The translations under genes were made by a program, and so were the position numbers. Shown here in pieces: positions 49,704 to 64,000 of a stretch of DNA of 64,000 nt. The DNA is from Chrysomallon squamiferum (taxonomy: Eukaryota > Animalia > Mollusca). Below the pieces are notes generated by a model. It saw only the letters and a list, made by a program, of their open reading frames with translations. It was not told where the DNA came from and searched no databases. The stretch's first letter is position 1, and each line of letters opens with the position of its first letter. Location of the stretch: positions 8,122,001 to 8,186,000 of the forward strand of contig CM022675.1 of assembly GCA_012295275.1 (NCBI GenBank), written 5' to 3'.

Positions 49704-49981
49704 GATATGCGTCTAAATATAGTATGGATGTTTTCCTACATCCATATTATATTGAGACGCACATATATGCTCTGAATTTGACATGGAGGTATTTGTAATA
49801 TTTATGCATGCGTTTCCAGTAAATAATAATAAAATATTATAAATAAAGAAACTTTCAGCGGACAGTTTTCTACGGCCATTATACCATCTAATTCGAAATA
49901 TGTGCATGTTAGTTGCCAAAGTTTAAAGTCTCCTACGAAGCTACTCATGTTGGCCCATAACAATCTGTCTGTCTGTCTGTC

Positions 49982-50111
49982 ACGTCCCTAGGTTTGTAAA
50001 TATACTAGTTTCAGTCCCTCTGGAGATTGCTGTGTGACATTAATTTTGAATTCGAAGACGATTCAGTAGTAATAATGAAACATCTCATTGTAGGTCAGAA
50101 GGTTCTCACTG
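49982..50111 (+). pseudogene. Orphan remnant of a peptide/Hint-start exon
   Basis: gat tgc tgt gtg aca (DCCVT), then NFEFEDDSVVIMKHLIVGQKVLT and a G|GTAAAT donor. This is homologous to exon 2 of the family, but the catalytic C-CFHGDS segment is deleted. The 5' boundary is approximate. Confidence 0.75.
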
Positions 50112-51324
50112 GTAAATTAATGTGACAATTATTAATTTTACTTTTAACTGCTGAACAAGTGAAGTCAGTAGAAGTGCAGAAATATAATACAATATCCCGT
50201 TCTATATATCTTTCTTTGATAACAAATAGGACATAATTTTACTGAAGGCTGCAAACAAAATGCTGAAAGAGAAAATCTGAAAACTTCATCTCGAATACAG
50301 ATAAAGAACAAAAGTAGGAAAAATCATGGCTCAAACGTTTCCAAACGTTGTTTACTTACACCAATAACATTCAGAGTGGATAAAGGGGCACTAACAAAAC
50401 AGCCAAGGAAGAATCTGCTACTTGAACAAAGACGAAAAGACCTTTGTTATTCACCACTTAGGAGGATCGAAAATCAAACATCTGATTCAGAAAGAGAACG
50501 TGCCTGTTACTGATCAAAACGGAAATGGATCGATGTGTATGCATTCATAAATAGTGAAAGGAAGCACAGCGAAGAAATGCGTTGGCATTCTTTCTCTGTT
50601 CGTCACATCTTTTAATGTTATAGCAGAAAACGTTACCTTCAGGACTGTTTTTCTTTTTGAGTTATGAAATTTCCTGATTTCTGAGCTTTAGGAAACGTTA
50701 GTCTACGTTACCGAAGTTATTACTGAAAATATATTTTGAGAAATCAACTTGACGACATAATTTATCATCTCTTTGCGAGCTGTAGCCCTATCATGATGAT
50801 CCAAGTTATCCAAGTTATCTCTGGTAGGCCTCACCAGCATGTCTTGGGTACCATTATAAAGAGCAACAGTTTCCTCTTTCCTTTCAACTACTTGTTTCTG
50901 TTTTGGTCAAACTCTGAGGTCTTTCGTCATTTTTTAAGCATCATGCGAAAAAAAAGTGAAACGTTGAATAGCCAGCGTTAATATATTTGCAACAGTATTA
51001 TTTTATTGTCATATTTTGCAATAAACGTAGTCAAACCGAATAATGAAATGGTAAATCAAAAATACACATTATTTTGTTTGACCACCTTATTTCCACTTTA
51101 ATTTTCGTTTTCTTGGATTCGAATGAATTTAATTTTTTAAATAGACGATGACATAAATATTTGATTTGTAATATGACATTAAAACTAATGTTTTGTTATA
51201 GTAGGAAACGAATTATGAGAATAAAGCTACATTCAGTTGTTACAAATTCAAATCTGAACTGATGAAATTATGGAATAATTTTATGCACACGAAAAACTAT
51301 TTCGTTAATGCGTATGTATGTGTA

Positions 51325-51425
<101 letters not shown>

Positions 51426-52574
51426 TATCTGAACTGATGATAATTCGTATTTCAACTCATGAATTTTTTTTTTTTAAAAACTGAAAAAAAAAACGGTGAG
51501 TCATTGCGAATTATGCGAGATTACATTATTTAATTTGTGAAAACAAATATTTTCCACGTTAATTAGACAAAGCAAATTTTATTGTTTTATATTTTTTATT
51601 TTTTTTTTCGTATCTTACACGTGTTTCTGTAAATAATAATATACAAATCTGCACTTCAGCCTATAGAGATCATGTGGGAATGTTTAGCAAATATCCTTGA
51701 TTAAATTTTTATGTTCCATAAAATGAAAACCTTTCGAATGCTATCAGACAACTGAAATGACATCTTGAAACCAATTGCCAGATAATATTCTTTTTTTCCT
51801 GACAGACGGTTTTGTAGTTTTCTGTAGAAATGTTTTCTTTATGGATAGCTAGATGTCTCTGACTTCTTTGGTAACTGATGCGGCAGCTGCAGCTTCTCAC
51901 ATGATACATTGTTGGACAAGTTATTCTTCTACGTAAAGTAATGATATTCTGCGCAAAGGCGACAACTTCAGTTTTGCAATGAAATGATTTCAATATTTAA
52001 GATTGTTGTATTATAAATGGAGTATATGAGTGGTATTGTTTAAAAATCTAACGTATAAAACATCTGGGAAATGGAAGGGCACCATTAGTGTCAGGTAATC
52101 TACAGGACCATGCATATGTTAGATCTGTTTTCGTTATTTTTCCTTTATTTCCTGGCTCAAAGCGGGAGTTTGTATCCTGACTAAATATAGTTTTCGTCAA
52201 TTGTAGTATGGTTAAAAAAACCAAAATGCTTGCCAATATACTTCTGTGTTTATTGTCTTCATATTCAGTTTACTTCAGAAGGTTGAAATCATTGGCCGGT
52301 CGTACAGAGGATAAATTAACAATACTATTTCGAATTATTCGAATTTTAAGGCCTCACAAATTTTCTGGTTCATAACGCCAAAATCTAGCCAGTTCTGATT
52401 CTGAACTCTTGTTTTCCACGAATTGCTTAAAATCAACTTTGAGATAAGAACGTTTAATCTTCAAAACAAGCTACTGCTCAGTTCTTCACTACAGAGTATT
52501 TTTAGTGATTCATGTTGATTATTTTAAATATTTAAATAAATGATCGATTTTTTTCCTTTCCAACTTTCATTTCT

Positions 52575-52627
52575 ATGCAAATACCTTTGTAGAATGCAAA
52601 TAAGTAAAGCTATTACGGATATATTTA
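52575..52627 (+). promoter_or_regulatory. Paired ATGCAAAT octamers plus TATATTTA upstream of copy G
   Basis: ATGCAAAT at 52575-52582 and 52594-52601, TATATTTA at 52620-52627, ATG at 52678. The motifs are kept although the spacer sequence differs from the minus-strand copies. Confidence 0.55.
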
Positions 52628-52677
52628 TGGCAGAGCGATAGACAAAACTATAGAGACAGTTGAATAATTTTGAAACA

Positions 52678-55801
<3,124 letters not shown>

Positions 55802-56685
55802 GGTCATTGTAAAATATTATTTCGTTATTTATTTATTTTATCTGAGCTCCATTTCTTTGTAATCCGAATAATTACTGAAAACGAAATAAATTACTAGTTG
55901 CTGGTACTGTCAGATTTATGTCATTATAGTAAATAATTAAACAAAGATACTGGAAACATGGATACTGACATAACTGTATCCTATTCTAAGAGGAGTAAAT
56001 CTTTTTGATCTTTGGGATTTCTGAGATTGTGAACCAGTGTCATTAGACTATGAAAAATAGTGTTCAATTATTTATTGATTAACTCATTAAGTTGCTTATA
56101 ACAAAATAGCGCATTTTCTCCGTCCGATTATATTTGTGTACTAAATAAAAAGTTAATTGAATATAAGTACTGAAACATTCTGATCGGAAAACTAAATAAT
56201 TAATTTATACTAAATGAAACGCGATCATCCTTTTGACAAACCATTTTAGAACCACAACACAAATAAAGTATAGGATAATAATGTAATGTGTTTACAGATG
56301 TTCATATATCCCAATAGGTATCAGTATCTCTGTATTTCTGTCTGTAAGTATATATTTACGTAAACAAACAAAAAAAAAGGAATGGAAAGAAAGCAAAACA
56401 AGAAAATGGCAAATGGGCAGCATTCCAGTATTTTTCAATCGTATTATTTTACTGACCTGTTTGAAATAAACGTAAGGTCAGTTCCACTAAACAAGTGATA
56501 AGTCAGAAATGCACAGTATTTTCGTTGACTGTTTATACTAACCACCGTATTTGCTGCACTTGAACTTTGACTTTCTTTGAAGCAGAAAAATGGCTTTGAA
56601 TTTAGAAACAGACGATGGTATAAATATCTGAAATCTAATAAGACACTACAATTGGTGCTTTCATGCAGAACGACACAAACCATTT

Positions 56686-56787
<102 letters not shown>

Positions 56788-57695
56788 TCAACTGATGAAA
56801 TTATGGAATATTCTTTTATGCACTTTTCTTATAATTTGTTTTTAAAAATACATTTTACTTTAAAGTTTTACCGTCTCTAAACTCGACGCATCAGTCTTTA
56901 ATTCTAAAAAATAAAAATGAATTGAATCATGATGAATAATGCGATATTAAGTTTTTTAATTCATGAAAACAGAATTGTTCTCTAAGTGTTGGTTGTCTAA
57001 ACAATCGTTCGCAGTCGAATTATCTTGTGTATTAATTACACAAAGCAAATGCTGTAATTTGAAATATTCCCATTGCCATGAAAATTTGAAATATTCCTAT
57101 TTAACGAATTGTGTAAAACGAAATATGAGATAAGAACGTTTTGTCTATAATAGAGGCTACTGTTCGGTCTCCAGTATACAATATTTTAATTAGTTATGTA
57201 GAATATTATAAAATATTTAAAGGTATAATCAAATTGTTCCTTTTACACTTTCATTTCTATACAAAGTGCATTTGTATAATGCAAATAAGTTACACCATTT
57301 CGTGTATATTTAGGAAGAATTGAAATGGCTTCTTGAAATAACTCCCAGATAATACTTTGATCTGGTTCTCTTTGGAAAATGGTAGTTAGACATTTCGGAC
57401 TTGTTTGGTAGATAACAGGGCCAGGCCAGTGTTTCGCCTGTTTCATTTATTGACAAGTCCGTTAATCACTGATATTCTGTTCCGATACGAGAATTTCAAT
57501 TTCACAACGAATGAATTAAACTGCATAATATCATAGTTATTTATGTAGATTATAGAAAAATATTTAGATATATGATAGATTTTTCCTTTGAAACTTGAAT
57601 GGTTATGCAAATGTCTTCCTGGATATTTGAGATTTAGCTGTAAAAGGAAAAACACCGAGGAAAAAACCACACAGAGGTTGAAACATTTTGAAATT

Positions 57696-60600
57696 ATGAA
57701 GTTTTTTGTTTTGTTACTCCTAGTTTTGCTGCAACGATTTGCAGAAGGTATTTGAGATTATTTTAGAACTTAAACTCTATCTCTATCTTTTTCTGTCTTT
57801 CTACCTCTTTTGGATGTTTCCGTATGTCTGTTCCATACATTTGGAACTTATTTTCGAACTTAAAATCAATCTCAAATTTTTGTCTTTCTGCCCGTTTTGG
57901 ATGTCCGTGTTTGTTTCGATATGTGTATTAGTAGGTGATTTCTTGTAGTTTGCCTCTTATATTTTATCAGTCTGTCCGTTATTTCTTAATATTTTTTCTG
58001 CATTTAACCAGAAGCAGTAGTTATCGTACCATTGTTAAAATGTGCATTCAGACGACTGTTGTAAAATATTTAAATATCTCGTCGATCTTTTTTCCTCTTA
58101 TATTTTTATGGCTATAAAAATGCCTTTATAAAATGCAAATAAGTCAAATCCTTTCGAGCAGAAAATGTTTACAACTGATTTTTACAACTGAAACTGGACT
58201 TAGTTTAGAATAAAACGACAAATATGGTAGGGCATGTTGACTGGGTCGGGGTAAATGGCCAACGCCCATCTGCAATTCACCACCCTGCCGTGACAGAGCA
58301 ATGTGCTTACAAAGCTAAGCTGTGACGAAGATACATAATAATTTGTTCACGTAAAATCCGGTTATCTGTGAATCATCAGATACACACTTCTTTTATGTAT
58401 ACAAACGTAATATAGTTTATTAGAGTACTAATTTGTATATAAATTTAGAGATTATCTAGTCTCTGTATAAAATTTAGAGAAAAAGATTAAATAACAACAA
58501 TTATTAAATAAATATATGTTAATAATTGTAATAAGTAAATAAGCTGCCTGTAGCTGCTGACGTGTGCAAACTGTTAAATTTTGGATTGGTCATCCGCAAA
58601 ACCTTCTTGTAGCAAAATAGTCTGTTTCTGTTTTCTTTTTTTCTTGTTGTTGTTGTTGTTCTTCTTCTTCTTCTTCTTCTTCTTCTTTAATATTAAAATT
58701 ACGTTAATTAGCGGCCAAGAGATGGTGAATTTTGCGTGAGTAGCATACACAGCTTTGAAATTTCTCCCACCAAGTGGCTTCTCTGGCGTTTTTTTTTTTT
58801 CTTTTTGAATTCGCGGTTTTCTTCGACGTCCGCGGGAATCTATTATATAAAGACATCACAGTTTGAGTCGACGTTGCTTTTTCCTGGTTCTGCAAGCGGT
58901 AACCAGGCGGTTGCTCAACAGGACGGCTCCGTTTGATGAGAACAAAGGTCACGGGAGCGAACTTAAAACTCTGGCTTTGTTTTCATAAGTTTATCGCATG
59001 ACGATATCGTAACACACTTATCTCTTTTTGGTTCTTTTTTTTTCTTTTTTTTTTTTGTTCTTTTTTTTTGTTCTTTTTTTTTTTTTTGGATACCCTCATA
59101 ATAAGGCAGTGTAATCTGCGTCATTAAGTATATTTCACATTCTTTTTCACAAGGTTTTATAAATTCTTGAGGATTTTTTTGCTCTTTATTGTGGTGTGCG
59201 TTACATGCTCCTTTGAACAATAGTGCATGTGTGCCGAGATGAAAAAACAGAGCAGTTTTTAGCTGATCCAGGTTTTTTCAGGCAGCTGTACTGATCCAGG
59301 GCGCCAGTAACTAATGCAGACAACTTCTGAGAGTTTGATTGTATTTTCGATTTCCTGCTCAGTCTGCATCTCCGTGTATGTATTGGTTTGCATGAATTTT
59401 TTTTAGAAATTTTTTTAAACGCTTATAATTCATGCGCTAGAGAGTGCAACCCGATAACTGTTTTTATGAACGTTATAATAGACAACCGGCAGCGCAAAAA
59501 AAAAAAAGCTATTATTTGTTTTCTTCTTCTTTAAAAAAAAAATAATAATAATAACCAAAAATAAAGATACGAAAGTAAGTAAATTGTGTCCTTCTATGTA
59601 TTTCTCCCTTTGTTTTTGTCTCTTTCTTCTTACCTTTACATTCATTCCCCCTCCCCCCCTTTTCGTTTTCCTTCCTTTTCTTTTGTTCTCGTAGTTCTTA
59701 TTATGTCTCTGATTTCCTGGCTCTGTTTTAATCTCTGTCGCTCTCTCCGTTGCTCTCTGATTTTTTCTCTTCTCTCCCTCCCCCACTTCAGCTCGTTTTC
59801 TCCATCGTTTCCTCTACTTCTTTCGACATTTTCTCTCTGTATCTATCTCTACTTCTCTCCTGCGCAAATCCTTCTTCCCGTCCCGGAAACTTTACTTCTG
59901 AGAAACACGATCCACTGAACAACTTTTTTTTTTTTTTTTTTTTTTGTTCCAGGAGAAATATGTCATTGTAAAGCCAACGAGAATGAACAATCAGTATCGA
60001 AAACGTCGACCGACTGCAAGTGCGGATGCAAAGAGTACGACAATGACAACTGCTGTGAAGAATGTTGTTTCCATGGTGACAGTAATCTTACACTCGAAGA
60101 CGGTTCAGTAGTAAAAATGAAACATGTAACTGTGGGTCAGAAAGTTCTCACAGGTAAGTTATTATTACTGTTGGTTATATTTCATGATCGATTTTTGAAG
60201 TTAATGTTAAAATCGTGATTCAGCTCCCGAAGAAGGAACACACAAATACGGAGATTTGCAGATAACAAAACATCCCATTGCCCACGGCTGTTTCGTCTAC
60301 AACGAGTAGGATGCCGCGTTATCCACCTGTACAAGGCAGCACTCTAAGCACTAGTGCTGAGACAGAACCCTGAAAGCAAGGTCTCGGATACAGACACGGC
60401 AAATCATATCTGAAGACCTCATTTCCGAAGAAGCACGATTTCTTTACCTTTAAGTCTACATCTCGAGTTCTTACAGCAATGACATCTGGAGTGGAGACAT
60501 GGGCAAAAAAACAAACAAAAAAAAAACAGACAATGAACCAACTGTTACCTACACAAACAAAGACGGAAGGAGCTGTACTAATCATAAAACAGTTACTCGT

Positions 60601-60734
60601 TCAGCATTCGTCACAACTTAACAGAGAAAAATAGTGTAGCGTTTCGTAACGACCACAAAAAACGTTATAATCGCCATTGCTTATATTAAAGATCTTTAGG
60701 TAATCTTTAGTCTACGTTACCAAGGTTGTTACTG

Positions 60735-60793
<59 letters not shown>

Positions 60794-61688
60794 TTATTTT
60801 CTGTTTCATTATATTATATTATTAATTTATTTAAATTCTTTTCTTCTTGTTGTTGTTACTGTGGCTTTTTCAGAATTGCTACGTATTATGATTATTATTA
60901 TTATGTTGTTGTTGTTGTTGTGTGTTTTATTATTATTATTTTTTTCTATTTGTTTTTATCTTTTATCTTTTATTTTATTTTTTTTGCTGTTGTTATAGTT
61001 TGTTTGTCCTTTGCTAATATTCACTGTTTTTCCTTAAGTGGAAAATGGAAAACGAATATTTACTGAAGTAAAAACTTTCATGGAACGATTTCCCAACACC
61101 AACGCCATACATCAAAACGTTTACGACAGAAAATGGAAATCACTTTTCCATCACAGGGGACCATCTGATATTTATGTCCAAGAATAACAAAACTGCTGAC
61201 ATGAGAGTTGAGTGAGTATTCGTATGTTTCTGTCTGCTTATTCGGTTCCTACTGTACAAGCACATCTGTTCTTGCACGAGTGATAATAAATCTTGTTTTC
61301 TGATTTCAGCTACCATTTATATCATTACGTATTATTAAAACCTTAAACAAAAATACTAAAGAAAATAAGATTTACCTACAGATTACACGAACATACAGAC
61401 ACATAGACACGGAAATGTATAGAGAAAAAAATACAAATGGATTTAGTCTAATCAAAAGATGTACATTTTTCATTCTAAGGAAAGCGATGTTGGTGAGACT
61501 AGGTGATTATATTTTCTCCACACTGTGGTGTCCAAGTGGTCTTTGTGCAGAGCGAGTTGTTGATATTTCCTTTTCTGAAAAACCAGGTAATAATAATCGT
61601 GATTATTAAGATGATGATGATGATGATGATGATAATAACAACATTATTATTAGTAGTAGAAGTAGCAGAAGTAGTAGCAGTAATATTG

Positions 61689-61730
<42 letters not shown>

Positions 61731-62070
61731 GTAATAATAAAAACAATTGAAAGTCAATTATAAGTTATTGATTCATATCAGTGATATATCTGGAAGATGT
61801 TTTGAGCAGATGAAAGCAAAATATTTAATATTTTTCACAGGGTTGTACGTACCACTGACTGATACAGGAACTCTTGTTGTGAATGGAATCTTAGCTTCGA
61901 ATTACGCTTATTTTGATCATGACGTGGCACAGTTAGGCATGACATCGTTCCGGTGGTTTCCTTGGTTACTGAAACCATGGGAACAAGACGGATTCAGTCC
62001 TATTCTGAAACTCATGAAATCCTTAGACGTTGAGTTCAGGTCTTCGTATGTTTACCGAATACTGAACTAA
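57696..62070 (+). pseudogene. Copy H: 8-Cys (acidic) peptide-Hog gene with a 1-nt insertion in exon 3 (pseudogene or homopolymer assembly error)
   Basis: Exons 57696-57747 (MKFFVLLLLVLLQRFAE), 59953-60153 (GEICHCKANENEQSVSKTSTDCKCGCKEYDNDNCCEEC|CFHGDSNLTLEDG..), 61039-61211, 61480-61586, 61841-62070. Exon 3 is 173 nt; an extra A in catcaaaacg at about 61114-61117 gives TAA at 61185-61187. Confidence 0.75.
60467..60597 (+). mobile_element. Decayed RTE-clade LINE fragment in intron 2 of copy H
   Basis: Translates VLTAMTSGVETWA..KQTMNQL..TQTKTE, which resembles the VLPxMTYGxETW...KL..xQxxMER segment downstream of the RT domain in RTE elements. It is absent from the corresponding intron of copy G. 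Recognised by eye only. Confidence 0.5.
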
Positions 62071-62757
62071 GTTCGTTTTCCTAAAAATATTTCGTTTTCT
62101 TTTTTTCTTCTTGTATCCTACACTAAGAGGAGTAAGGTATTTTCATCCTTGGGACTCCTGGAGACAGTGAACCAATGTCAGCAAACTTACAAAAAAAAAA
62201 TGTAATAGTTTAATTGTTAATTAACTCATCTAATTATTTTTAATAAAATAGTGCATAAACCTCGATAAAATATTGTGTGTATAAAATAAAAAATGATATC
62301 GGTTTATATCAGTTGACCGATATATATCAAATATCATTCATATATATCTGTTTCTATTTCTGTCTGTAAATATATATGTATGTAACAAAAAAGGGTCAGA
62401 AAAGCAAAATGAGAAACATTTAATAGGCAAATGGTTAAAATATTCTGCAATATTCAGGCCAAATAATGAAATGATAAGTCAGAACTACACAACTTTTTGT
62501 TTTGCTCTTTAACATTGATTTTCTTGGAAGCAGAAGAGATGATTTAAAAATGCAACTATAATAAAACATTAGAATTGGCGCTTTCATACCGGTCGACACA
62601 AACTTTAATCATTTTATTAGAGACTTTTGATAACATACAAAGTGTAATCTACATTCAGTTAATACAAATTGAAATTGCTGCAGGTGATCCTCAAATATGT
62701 TACGACTCTCATAATTGCTCTGTAATATGAAAATGTGATAAATCATTTCATGTATCT

Positions 62758-62859
<102 letters not shown>

Positions 62860-64000
62860 GCTTTAGACATTCACTGTCCCTAGAAGACGACCCATCAGGT
62901 GTAAGTAATTAAAAAATAATAATAATCCGAGTCATGATGACTGATGCGAGATTAATTTATTTAATCTGTGAAAACAGAACTGTAGTTTAAGTATCTATAA
63001 CCTAAATAACCTGTGGACATGGACTTCTTATTTAACTGAATCACGTAAAGAAACTGGCATAAGCTTAAATGTTGGTACTGTCGTGATAATGAATACAGTG
63101 TTACTTCGGCCCCTAAGATTGAGTATTTCTACAATATCTTACCTTTCCCCTCGACAATTCGTAGGCTGTATGAACAACTCCACTTCCTCTGCCACACGCG
63201 ATTGAATCCTTTGGTAATAGCTAGTCCTCCTTCAGTTCAGTAGGTGGAAGCTGTTACCTGGGCCAGATGAACCTTAGCTCTGTAGTTCTCTCCCGGGCAT
63301 CCCGCCACCCAGAGTTACAAATTAAATTGCCTTATCCCATGAAACTACTTGTATTATAGCACAAATTAAATGTTCATTTGGTTTTCAACCGGTTGACCTT
63401 GCTTATGAAAGCACTGATGGTGGCATCTTTTCAATCTGGCTCTTTGTGCTCTGGTTGACAGGATTCTGTTGCTGATGAACCTTGCAAAATAGAGCAGTAT
63501 TATGAATATGACATTGATATTCATTTGGGTGGGTGGACGTGAATTTTTTTCCCGTAGTGGCTGAAATGGCGCTTGAATTGGGGAGACTGATTACTGCGGA
63601 TGTGGCGCTTATACTACGTGGGCCAGTCAACTAGAGTTAATTCCCTTTGGCCTTTTCCCCAGCTTTAACCAGTTACCACTAACCTCGCAACTAGATATAT
63701 TTTCCTGGCATTAAATGGGATTATTAGGTATTACGAATAATCTCTATTATAATATTATGATGAAAATTGTGTACGTTCATAAGCTATAGGTGCTGAGAGT
63801 CTCACAGTAATATTTTCAAACGAAATGTTTTTATCTTAAGTAAAAGATAATTTTATTTTCAAGAGAATAGCAACGTTTAAAACAACATTTCCTTTGTGAT
63901 TTTATTTATTATTTTCTTTAAAACATCAAAAGTATATTTTTCAGATGATCGTTTTCAATTGCCATAGATAATTTAGACAATTTATACTTATACTTCGAGT

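Noticed and set aside
51709-52236. Minus-strand ORFs and GC-richer sequence partly similar to a block in the array spacers (about 25960-26045)
   Set aside because: No recognisable domain; probably a decayed repeat, and it cannot be classified without a repeat library.
58540-59500. Insertion in intron 1 of copy H
   Set aside because: Probably a transposon remnant, but no terminal repeats or coding motif could be identified by eye.
63000-63710. GC-richer block with a 75-aa minus ORF at the window end
   Set aside because: No splice context or domain recognised; likely a repeat fragment.

Overview
AT-rich, microsatellite-dense animal genomic DNA with spliceosomal introns. It is probably a protostome and plausibly a mollusc, but the species cannot be determined from the sequence. 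Three coding components were reconstructed by hand from splice sites and reading phase. (1) The last exon of a chitin-binding (peritrophin-A/CBM14-type) gene at 45-256. (2) A complete 24-coding-exon invertebrate contactin on + at 3134-18844 (signal peptide, C-type lectin, 6 Ig, 4 FN3, GPI-type tail; about 1233 aa). (3) From about 21.9 to 62.8 kb, a tandem cluster of hedgehog-related five-exon genes that the ORF track fragments. Each encodes a signal peptide, a hypervariable 38-41 aa peptide on a fixed 8-Cys frame (CxC-x15-17-CxCxC-x7-8-CC-x2-C), and directly after it a well-conserved Hog (Hint + sterol-recognition-like) autoprocessing domain. Six copies lie on - (A-F) and two on + (G, H), with further remnants. 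A, B, E and G are intact as assembled; C, D and H carry indels; F is a decayed pseudogene. The cluster looks like a rapidly diversifying family of self-cleaving cysteine-rich peptide precursors with non-canonical Hint residues. Most ORF-track entries are microsatellite or antisense artefacts.
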